From NCBI GenBank assembly GCA_051382335.1, contig JBBCAX010000148.1:1-10178 (forward strand): a DNA stretch of 10,178 bases. The letters are read 5' to 3'. Below, in pieces: positions 1 through 6,984 of this stretch. The notes beneath the pieces were generated by a model. The model saw only the letters and a list, made by a program, of their open reading frames with translations. It had not been told where the DNA came from and did no database searches. Position 1 is the first letter of the stretch; each line of letters opens with the position of its first letter. The stretch comes from Deltaproteobacteria bacterium TL4 (GTDB taxonomy: Bacteria > SAR324 > NAC60-12). The translations under genes and the position numbers were made by a program.

Positions 1-105
1 TTATGAATGAATTAATGCAAGGTTATTATTTCCCGTTTTTCAGGCCAAACCTATCATTAATTCTAATACGACTTTATAAGTCTCTGATTTTATTCAGGAG
101 TAATA

Positions 106-453
106 TTGAGCAAATTGTTCAAAGTCGAGATCTATATCACTTCTGAAAATCATTCAAATTCAAAAAACTTGATCATCAAGTTATAAGACTTAGACCAAAA
201 CTTGGTCATCAAGTATAAAGACGAATTCGATGAGCGCGCGAAAAAAGATCTCCAGTTTATGGGAACTCAGTCCGCGTTCATGCAGGATTTGGTGAAAAAT
301 GGACTTTCTTATTCTCAAATAGATACTGGACAAATTGGCTTTGAAGAGTTAAACCTTAATAACATCCTTGAACAATCGTTGTTTAATCCTCGCATTATGA
401 TTGAAGAAACGGGGATAGAAGAAATTGATGTTGTCTTTCTGGCAACTCGATAG
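106..453 (+). pseudogene. Hypothetical protein, apparently interrupted by an in-frame TAA at 184-186 (ORF track calls only 202..453)
   Basis: AGGAG at 96-100 lies 5 nt before TTG at 106, in the same frame as ORF 202..453. Translation is (M)SKLFKVEIYITSENHSNSKNLIIKL*DLDQNLVIKYKDEF... No family recognised. Confidence 0.4.
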
Positions 454-454
454 G

Positions 455-558
455 TATAGTGTTCAAGGAAAGTTTTGTCCTGGGAACGAGGGCGTCCCGC
501 CCTCCGATGAGGGCAAGATGCCCTCATTCCCGGGACAAAACTTTTCTGGACAGCTATA
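455..558. mobile_element. TA-flanked MITE-like palindromic element with CTGGGA(A/G)CG double-hairpin core
   Basis: Imperfect terminal IR TATAGTGTTCAAGGAAAGTTTTGTCC / GGACAAAACTTTTCTGGACAGCTATA. Inner hairpins GAGGGCGTCCCGCCCTC and GAGGGCAAGATGCCCTC. Related copies at 6013-6113, 6114-6212 and ~7895-7999. Confidence 0.75.
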
Positions 559-591
559 ATAAGCGAAAGATGAAATAAACAGAGGGTCCGA

Positions 592-1122
592 ATGAATCGA
601 TTTAATGAATTAAAAGATGCCTATAACACGTACTTGGAAAACACCAAGAACTATCATATCGAATGTGCTCGATTGCTAGATAAATTTCGATATCAACTGC
701 TGGCCTACCTGGAGTGTGATCAAGACGCGTTGATGTTTCGTTCCATTGATAATGGCAACGAAAAATTCATCAAACTGGGCCCGCAGGCCCACCCGATCAT
801 GCAATTCGGCGGTGAAGATGGATACTGGCACATCGCGATGGTTTTGGAACTTCCTCAACAGGATGACCCCAAACAGAAAGGCAAGGTATGGTTTCAAATC
901 CTGATCAAAAAACCGACGTTGAAGGCCAGGAATTTTTTGATTCGTATCAATCTTAAACCTCCTGTTGAAGCAAAAATTCCTGATAAAATGAATGAAGAAA
1001 AATTGAATGAACTGTGTGAATTCGTGTTTGTACAAGCAAAGGAGTTTTACGAAACGGCTTTTCAAAGTTTATTAGCTAAAAGTATTACCTCAAAAACGAT
1101 AGGTTTTCATATCTCAGAATAA
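592..1122 (+). CDS. Hypothetical protein (176 aa) with C-terminal IGF motif
   Basis: Long ORF, ATG preceded by AGAGGG, natural globular composition, ends KTIGFHISE. Confidence 0.8.
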   Translation: MNRFNELKDAYNTYLENTKNYHIECARLLDKFRYQLLAYLECDQDALMFRSIDNGNEKFIKLGPQAHPIMQFGGEDGYWHIAMVLELPQQDDPKQKGKVWFQILIKKPTLKARNFLIRINLKPPVEAKIPDKMNEEKLNELCEFVFVQAKEFYETAFQSLLAKSITSKTIGFHISE

Positions 1123-1185
1123 TTTTTTTTTCACATTAGATCTCATCACCCTAAGCTGGTAGAGCCAGAACCAAAAAAAAAAATT

Positions 1186-1245
1186 GCCACAGAGACACAG
1201 AGGCTCAGAGAAAAATTTTTAAAAATCCGCTGTGTCTTCTGTGGC
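1186..1245. repeat. Palindromic repeat with CACAGAG subunits (CCACAGAG/CCACGAAA class)
   Basis: GCCACAGAGACACAGAGGCTCAGAG ... CTGTGTCTTCTGTGGC, flanked by A-run and T-run. Same design as the core at 8577-8687. May also act as a terminator. Confidence 0.65.
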
Positions 1246-1312
1246 TAAATATTTTTTTTGCATTTCTGAGCAGAATTTAACTTCTAAGGTACTATGAAAG
1301 AAAGGAAGCCTC

Positions 1313-1567
1313 ATGAAAAAGCTAATTTTACTCGCAATTGCCGCCATTATTGGAATAGCTGGATTATGGTTATTTAAGCCAGAGGAGCGCTCAGATATTA
1401 AAAAAACACTCGACAAAGGTCAAAAAATGTTAGAGAAGACAAAAGACTTAACCGAAGATTCAATGGATAAAGTTCGTGACGTAGTCGATCAGGTTAAAGA
1501 TAAGGCGGATGATGTCAAAGACACGATGGGTGATCTCAAAGACAAAGTAAAAAAACTCTCAGAATAA
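1313..1567 (+). CDS. Small membrane-anchored protein, YtxH/LEA-like (84 aa)
   Basis: N-terminal MKK plus hydrophobic helix, then K/D-rich amphipathic repeats (DKVRDVVDQVKDKADDVKD). AAAGGA upstream. Confidence 0.8.
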   Translation: MKKLILLAIAAIIGIAGLWLFKPEERSDIKKTLDKGQKMLEKTKDLTEDSMDKVRDVVDQVKDKADDVKDTMGDLKDKVKKLSE

Positions 1568-1575
1568 AGGAGACT

Positions 1576-2556
1576 ATGGAGGTTTCAACCCCCTCAGCAG
1601 AACTGACCGATATGTTAACCGAGGTTTTTCATATCGGCGTAGGTTATGCGACCTCAGCCCTATCAGAGATGCTGGATCAACTCATTGAGATGGAAATCCC
1701 CCAACTCTATTTTTTCACACCTGATAGTTTCGAAAAATTCGCGCAAGGCCTTAAAGGGCGTTATGTCTGTGTCGTTCAGCGTATCCTTGGAGATATTAGT
1801 GGATTAGGAAGTTTATCTCTGCCTTTGGTCGAAGGGAAGACACTGGTGGATCAACTGCTGGAAGCGAATCTTCCGAAACAAGAGTTTGGTGCTGTAGAAA
1901 CAGAGGCTATTCAAGAAGTGGGGAATATCATCATTCATGCGGTGGGTTCTGCTTTTGATAATGTTATTGATTTTCATGTTCAATATGAAGCCCCTGAAGT
2001 CCTGTTTACTGAATACCCCCTTCCCTACCACCAACTTAAAGGCACTGACCATAAGTTTTTTATTTTTGTCAACGCCAACCTCCGTGCGCAAACCAGCAAT
2101 ATTGAGGGCTTACTCAATATGATGTTTGCCTATAATGATATGGAAGTGCTGGAAAAACTGCTTAGGAAAACACAGGCCTTAACTCACAAGTTCGGAGAAC
2201 TGTTGGTCAGAGCGCATTACATCACAACGACGCAGTTACAAGAAGCGCTTGACCTTCAAAAGAATGCGGATAGATTCATCGGGGAACTTTTGGTGGAGCA
2301 AAATTATATTACGCCGAAACTTCGTGACACCGTCTTGGAGAGTGATAGTTATCGTCTGTTTGCTGTCAAATTTGGGGAGGCGTTATTGAAAGAGAGTTAT
2401 GTTACCGAAGAACAACTGGCCAGAGTCTTGGAAACTCAAAGACTCTCCAGGAGTATGATTGGTGACATTTTAATTGCGTTAGGGCACCTGAAAGAAGAGA
2501 ACAAAAATCAGGTTTTGAAGGAACAAAATAAAATTTTAAAAAACGCGAAGAGTTAA
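1576..2556 (+). CDS. cheC: CheC-family chemotaxis phosphatase fused to tandem C-terminal MshEN-like motifs
   Basis: DMLTEVFHIGVGYATSALSEML and EAIQEVGNII are the two CheC repeats. C-terminus has four (K/R)xGxxLxxxxx(I/V/L)xxxxLxxxLxxQ-like motifs. AAGGAG RBS at 1567-1572. Confidence 0.85.
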   Translation: MEVSTPSAELTDMLTEVFHIGVGYATSALSEMLDQLIEMEIPQLYFFTPDSFEKFAQGLKGRYVCVVQRILGDISGLGSLSLPLVEGKTLVDQLLEANLPKQEFGAVETEAIQEVGNIIIHAVGSAFDNVIDFHVQYEAPEVLFTEYPLPYHQLKGTDHKFFIFVNANLRAQTSNIEGLLNMMFAYNDMEVLEKLLRKTQALTHKFGELLVRAHYITTTQLQEALDLQKNADRFIGELLVEQNYITPKLRDTVLESDSYRLFAVKFGEALLKESYVTEEQLARVLETQRLSRSMIGDILIALGHLKEENKNQVLKEQNKILKNAKS

Positions 2557-2620
2557 GTAACGTTACTGCGTTTTAAAATCAGGATTCCGCTGACTGCCTT
2601 ACAACCGCTGGAACCGTTAC
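2557..2620. repeat. Short imperfect inverted repeat (GTAACG ends) between convergent genes; MITE remnant or terminator
   Basis: GTAACGTTACTGCG at 2557 versus CGCTGGAACCGTTAC ending at 2620. No target duplication seen. Confidence 0.4.
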
Positions 2621-2653
2621 CCCCTACATGGAAAGCTCAAATTTTGGACGAAA

Positions 2654-3127
2654 TTAGGCAGTTTTTAATTCCTCTGCCTCAGCAAAATCACTCAAAACCA
2701 ACACCTTCGCTCCTGTATCAGAAAGATAGATCGCCTGCTCCGCATAGGCTTTTTCGCGTGTCTCACGCAGTAGTTTCGTCGAATGGATTGCGGTGATATG
2801 GCCCGCAGTGATGTGTTGGTCTCCTACACTTTCACGAAGGAGCGCCACCCCTAAATTGTTGATTGCTTCACAACGGTCAAGAAGCGTGAGAGCCTCAAGG
2901 TTCACACGATGAGCCCCTGCTGTATTGGTTCGTAAGATGGCGGCACCACTTTGAAGATAAGCCTGGTGAAAACTTTGGACTTTTTCGGGATGCGAGAGAT
3001 TTGCCAGAAATCCTGGAGCGTCCAAAGGCTGGCCCGAGTTGGAGAGCAGAAAGGCGACGGAACCATCACCTAAAAGAGGGGCTTGTTTTTCTAACACCTT
3101 GAGTAAAGAAAACTGAGGACGCAACAT
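2654..3127 (-). pseudogene. Homocysteine S-methyltransferase (MetH N-terminal/YitJ-like) family protein, C-terminally truncated (157 aa)
   Basis: Motifs LLGDG, NLSHPEKVQSFHQAYLQSGAAILRTNT, EAINNLGVALLRE and YAEQAIYL. Probable start is ATG 3127, just after the PilZ stop. Ends at EELKTA*, about half the family length, with no Zn-binding GGCC motif. Confidence 0.75.
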
Positions 3128-3131
3128 GCCC

Positions 3132-3515
3132 TTATAACATTTCCATGGTTTCGACTTCTTCCAGAATGGTCGATCGTTGTTTTTCCGTAAGTTCAAGAAA
3201 CCGCAACCCCGTATCCCACACGTCATACTCCTCATCAGAGAGGGGCTTCCGCCACATGACAATGCCTTTAATTTTCAGGGCTTCCTGGTCAATGAACTCA
3301 AAGACATCATCTCTTTGAAAAAATATTTCCAAGGTAATTGTTGCTTTTAAGGGAAGCTTGACTCCGACCTCAATATTAATTCCGCTCAGAGACATATCCC
3401 GGGTGTGCCCCGCAAGGTGAGGTAAATCTTCCCGAATATAAATCTGAATGGGCGTGTTCAATTTCCAGCGAGTATCTTCATCTTGTTCTTGAAATCGAGA
3501 TGCACTAATATCCAT
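3132..3515 (-). CDS. PilZ domain protein (127 aa)
   Basis: TRDMSLSGI (DxSxxG), IKGIVMW and TGLRFLEL motifs. RBS GAGGAAAGG upstream. RxxxR motif is degenerate. Confidence 0.9.
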   Translation of the reverse strand: MDISASRFQEQDEDTRWKLNTPIQIYIREDLPHLAGHTRDMSLSGINIEVGVKLPLKATITLEIFFQRDDVFEFIDQEALKIKGIVMWRKPLSDEEYDVWDTGLRFLELTEKQRSTILEEVETMEML

Positions 3516-3748
3516 AACCTTTCCTCTTTTTGATCAGATACCAAGTAATTTTTAATGACGGTTCTCTCTGAAAATCAGCGGGGGCCCTACCAAGAGGATT
3601 CTCAGCGCCCGCTTCCTATCAGCGAAAGGCCCTTTTGCATTCTCAAAGATGCAACATTCAATCCGCAGAAAGTTTCATGGTTTGTATTCTAGCGAACAAT
3701 GAATAATAATAAAGACTAAATTTAATAAGGTACAGGCCTTTTTTTTTA

Positions 3749-3775
3749 GTTCCCAAGCTGGAACTTGGGAACGAG
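3749..3775. repeat. CTCGTTCCCA-type REP-like hairpin
   Basis: GTTCCCAAG-CTGGAA-CTTGGGAAC-GAG. Near-identical copy at 8096-8123 and degenerate copy at ~7867-7894. Downstream of the HD-GYP gene, so possibly a terminator. Confidence 0.7.
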
Positions 3776-3811
3776 TCGGAAAAGTCCGCACGAAGTGCGC
3801 TAATTTAAAAA

Positions 3812-5815
3812 TTACATGGGACGAGTCACCAATTCAAAGAGCTTTGCCTCAATGAAGATATCCAGCAACTGTCGATCAATATGATTATCTTTTGCCTCAT
3901 ATTCCAGAATTTTTAACGCGCGATCCACGGGCATCGCACGTTTGTAAGGACGGTCAGAGGCCGCCAACGCATCATAAATATCGGAAATGGTCATCATTTT
4001 GGATTGTACGGGAATCTGTTTGGCATTCAAGCCTAAGGGATATCCGCTTCCGTCTAATTTTTCATGGTGAGCATGGGCAATATCAGGAACTTCCGATAAA
4101 GCTTTTGTCCATGGAATCATTGACAGAAATTTATAAGTATGAGTCACATGGGATTCAATTTCACGACGGTCTTGAGAATTTAAAGAGCCTTTCGGAACCG
4201 ACAAAGAATCCAATTCTTCTTCGGTAATCAACGGAATTTTGACGTGTGAAGGATGTAAAAACTCATATTTGGCAATTTCCCGTAACCGATCAAACCCACC
4301 TTGAGACAGAACCGTAGGTTCGTTACAGCGAACAATAAATTTCAAATAATCATCAAAGGCCTCCAGTTGTTCCTGTAATTCCTTTGAGGATACTTGCCTA
4401 TAAGCAAGAAACTCCTCCCTTGATTTTTCCAGAAAATAATCGATCTGACCTTTATATGTTTTTAATTCAAGCGATTGGCGCATTAACCGGAACCGGTCCA
4501 TCAGCACCTGTTCTTGTTCAGGATACAATTTTTTCGATTTTAGCAACACTTTTTCCTGAACTCCGATCTTGCCAAAATCATGCAGAAGCGAGGCATAGCG
4601 AATTTCATGCAATTGATCCTGGGTAAAAAACAAATCTTTAAAGGTTCCATTCGGGATCCGGTTGATGGTCTCCGCCAAGGCGACAGTCAGCGTTGCCACC
4701 CGACTCGAATGTCCGGAAGTGGTAGGGTCTCGGGATTCAATCGCTTTGACACTGGCGTTAATGAACCCATCGAAAAGAATCTGTATTGACTCCAGGAGTC
4801 TCGCGTTTTGGAGGGCGACTGCCGCTTGAGAGGCAATGGACTCGACGGCCCTGCTATGTTTTTCCGTAAAGTATCCCACTTGACCTAAAATTTCTTCGGG
4901 CGTCCCTAACTTCTCCGTTTTTTTATTTTTAAAGTTTATCAACTGAATGACACCAATGATCACATCCTCATGGTTCACCATCGGGACGGTTAACATGGAT
5001 TTTGTACGATATTTGATGCTTTTATCAAATTCTGCACCCGCCCAGCTATACTCCTTGTCTTCATCAATGTAATAGGCGTCACCAATAATTAAAGGCTTAC
5101 GGGTAAGGGCAACATAACCGTAAATGGACTGTTTTGAGATTTCCAAGGCAAAAGAACGAAAAGGGACATTCCTGGATTCGTTCTGCGCTACTTTAAAACG
5201 GAAATGTTTATTGGCAAAATAATCGTCAGGATTTTCTGGTACCCCCGGAGTAGGCTCAATCAAATAGAGACTTCCCGCATCGGCATGAACCAGATCCATC
5301 GCTTTGATCACAATCAAATGCAGCAGTTTATCCAAATCTTTTTCTACAGAAAGCGCAACCCCAATTTCATTCAACCGATTCAATTCATAATCTTGTTCTT
5401 CAACTTCAGCTTTTAATTTTTTGGTGTAGATTTTATTCTGGAGACTTTGAATCGCTTGCTCAAAGGTGAAATGCCACTGTTGTTGAGAAGGGTTGGGAGG
5501 AATGCGGTTTATGATGAATTGAGGATGCGGATGTTTAGAGAAGGGATGGCTTCCTTTCTCTATCAAAATCACACCGATAACGCCATCTCCAATCACGGGG
5601 AGTTCCCATTGTAGATAATCCTCTTCATCAATGATAATCAAAGAAGGTAATTCCGCGGGAAACAGCTCAATTTCATTAATATTTTGATAATAATTGACGA
5701 TTATCTCCACAGCAGCGGATGCTGGTGTTTTACTGAACTGCTGTGCCCTGAAAAAGTGAGGAATCACTAAACGTAGTTGCTGCATTGCGGGTGATTTGTT
5801 TAAGGTTCTATTCAT
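3812..5815 (-). CDS. GAF + HD-GYP domain phosphohydrolase (probable c-di-GMP phosphodiesterase)
   Basis: GAF (ADAGSLYL, YRTKSMLTVPM, IIGVIQLIN), then AIESRDPTTSGHSSRV, LLHDFGKIG, HHEKLDGSGYPLGL and SDIYDALAASDRPYK. Start uncertain: TTG 5827, ATG 5815 or ATG 5785. Confidence 0.93.
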   Translation of the reverse strand: MNRTLNKSPAMQQLRLVIPHFFRAQQFSKTPASAAVEIIVNYYQNINEIELFPAELPSLIIIDEEDYLQWELPVIGDGVIGVILIEKGSHPFSKHPHPQFIINRIPPNPSQQQWHFTFEQAIQSLQNKIYTKKLKAEVEEQDYELNRLNEIGVALSVEKDLDKLLHLIVIKAMDLVHADAGSLYLIEPTPGVPENPDDYFANKHFRFKVAQNESRNVPFRSFALEISKQSIYGYVALTRKPLIIGDAYYIDEDKEYSWAGAEFDKSIKYRTKSMLTVPMVNHEDVIIGVIQLINFKNKKTEKLGTPEEILGQVGYFTEKHSRAVESIASQAAVALQNARLLESIQILFDGFINASVKAIESRDPTTSGHSSRVATLTVALAETINRIPNGTFKDLFFTQDQLHEIRYASLLHDFGKIGVQEKVLLKSKKLYPEQEQVLMDRFRLMRQSLELKTYKGQIDYFLEKSREEFLAYRQVSSKELQEQLEAFDDYLKFIVRCNEPTVLSQGGFDRLREIAKYEFLHPSHVKIPLITEEELDSLSVPKGSLNSQDRREIESHVTHTYKFLSMIPWTKALSEVPDIAHAHHEKLDGSGYPLGLNAKQIPVQSKMMTISDIYDALAASDRPYKRAMPVDRALKILEYEAKDNHIDRQLLDIFIEAKLFELVTRPM

Positions 5816-6012
5816 TCTCGTGATCAAAATCTCAAATCATTCACAAAATGACTCATGCTAAATTGTCTAACAATTTTAAACAACTTTGTAAACCGACAAA
5901 ACCAAAAAACGTTAATAATTATGCTGTTTCCTTTAATTTGGGGAAGAGGCGAGCAAGGCTCCCCTTCATCCACGGTTAAGGTAAAACTTTTCCACCTGTG
6001 CAGGTAGATATC

Positions 6013-6113
6013 TAGACTTTCAGATAAGTCTTTCCTGGGAGCGCGGGTATCCTGCCCGCAAAAGCAGGCGGGACGCCTGCGCTCCCAGCCCAAAATACTT
6101 TTCTGAAACACTA
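6013..6113. mobile_element. TA-flanked MITE-like element with GGAG-type REP doublet core
   Basis: Ends TAGACTTTCAGATAAGT / ACTTTTCTGAAACACTA. Core CTGGGAGCGCGGGTATCCTGCCCGC-AAAA-GCAGGCGGGACGCCTGCGCTCCCAG. Confidence 0.75.
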
Positions 6114-6212
6114 TAGATGTCCAGAAAAGTTCTGTCTCGGGGAGGGCGTATCGCCCTCCAGTGAGGGCAAGATACCCTCGTTCCCAGGAAAAAACTTATC
6201 GGGAATACTATA
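6114..6212. mobile_element. Second TA-flanked MITE-like element abutting the previous one
   Basis: Ends TAGATGTCCAGAAAAGTT / AACTTATCGGGAATACTATA. Core GAGGGCGTATCGCCCTC and GAGGGCAAGATACCCTCGTTCCCAG, similar to 455-558. Shares the CTATAG junction with the previous element. Confidence 0.75.
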
Positions 6213-6214
6213 TT

Positions 6215-6448
6215 AAGTGAGTTCGGGATAAGCACAAAGCTCTGAAGGCTTGACCAGAACAATTGTAGCTCCGATCTTTTTGAAGGATCATATATCATTC
6301 TGAGGAGAATAACAACGAAGACTCTGGCTTTTCCACCGAAAAAGATTCTTCGTCTATGGCTCAGAATGACAATGACAGAAGTTTTAAACAACCTCCAAGC
6401 TATAAAACAAGAGGGTTTGGAAGGTATTTCCGTATCCAGAACTCACGT
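6215..6448. mobile_element. MITE with ACGTGAGTTC-type (IS982-like) termini and 6-7 bp target duplication
   Basis: Left end AAGTGAGTTCGGGATAAG. Right end reverse complement ACGTGAGTTCTGGATACG. TATATT at 6209-6214 and 6449-6454. IS982 assignment is from memory of TIR style. Confidence 0.65.
6295..6370. repeat. GTCATTCTGAG-type palindromic repeat
   Basis: TCATTCTGAG (6295-6304) / CTCAGAATGA (6360-6369), with inner ACGAAGACTCT / AGATTCTTCGT pair. Confidence 0.7.
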
Positions 6449-6462
6449 TATATTAGGTGTTA

Positions 6463-6620
6463 GCGTTTAGGTCTTAGCCGGTGATTATCTGCTTTCAGCG
6501 CAAAAGTTAAGAGCCTTGTCATCCATAAAGTGTTTTGTTGAGTTTTTCACAAAAAACATGCGTTCGTAAACGTAAAAGGGTAGGAAATCACATCAGTGCC
6601 TCCGGCTAAAAGCTAAGAGC
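6463..6620. repeat. Imperfect 19-bp inverted repeat pair, possible decayed MITE
   Basis: GCGTTTAGGTCTTAGCCGG (6463-6481) versus reverse complement of 6602-6620, GCTCTTAGCTTTTAGCCGG (15/19). No target duplication. Confidence 0.4.
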
Positions 6621-6693
6621 AACCTACCTGCACAGCTCGAAACTCAGAGATTTTGTCATTTAATAAACGCTGGATTTTAGCGGGTTTGTAGAA

Positions 6694-6940
6694 AGGGTGC
6701 CGCTTAAGCGAAGCGAGCGCACCACTCACTCAAGGTAGGGTGCCGCTTAAGCGAAGCGAGCGCACCACTCACTCAAGGTAGGGTGCCGCTTAAGCGAAGC
6801 GAGCGCACCACTCACTCAAGGTAGGGTGCCGCTTAAGCGAAGCGAGCGCACCACTCACTCAAGGTAGGGTGCCGCTTAAGCGAAGCGAGCGCACCACTCA
6901 CTCAAGGTAGGGTGCCGCTTAAGCGAAGCGAGCGCGCCAC
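6694..6940 (+). repeat. Tandem array of a 43-bp GTAG-type REP unit, 5 full copies plus 32 bp
   Basis: Unit AGGGTGCCGCTTAAGCGAAGCGAGCGCACCACTCACTCAAGGT starts at 6694, 6737, 6780, 6823, 6866 and 6909. Linkers identical. Confidence 0.95.
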
Positions 6941-6984
6941 AAAGAGAAAACACGGCAGAAAGTCTCACGACCAGGACAGATCCA

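Noticed and set aside
166..182. FNR box
   Set aside because: TTGAT and ATCAA are separated by 1 nt, not the required 4.
676..2122. ORFs 676..1065, 1219..1416, 1813..2091 and 1937..2122
   Set aside because: Overlap better-supported genes on the opposite strand or in another frame.
3128..3262. N-terminal extension of ORF 2654..3262
   Set aside because: Overlaps the PilZ gene in another frame. Methyltransferase homology begins after ATG 3127.
3540..3690. Riboswitch (TPP or c-di-GMP) upstream of PilZ
   Set aside because: Has a GC stem and GCTGAGA on the minus strand, but lacks the TPP CCTGAT...GCGNAGGGA core and the c-di-GMP-I GGCAAAC/GACGCAAAG motifs.
3892..5416. Plus-strand ORFs 3892..4227, 4384..4626, 4580..4789 and 5204..5416
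   Set aside because: Antisense shadows of the well-supported HD-GYP gene.
5940..5972. GC hairpin GAAGAGGCGAGCAAGGCTCCCCTTC as a defined feature
   Set aside because: Probably a decayed REP, but single-copy in the window and too degenerate to assign.
5824..6391. ORFs 5824..6111 and 6020..6391 (also 315..527, 7835..8017, 7877..8104, 8076..8279)
   Set aside because: They run through GC-rich palindromic repeats. The shared peptide LGAQASRLLLRA is translated REP sequence.
6694..6940. CRISPR array
   Set aside because: Linkers are identical and only ~10 bp, there are no cas genes in the window, and the unit recurs as an inverted REP doublet.
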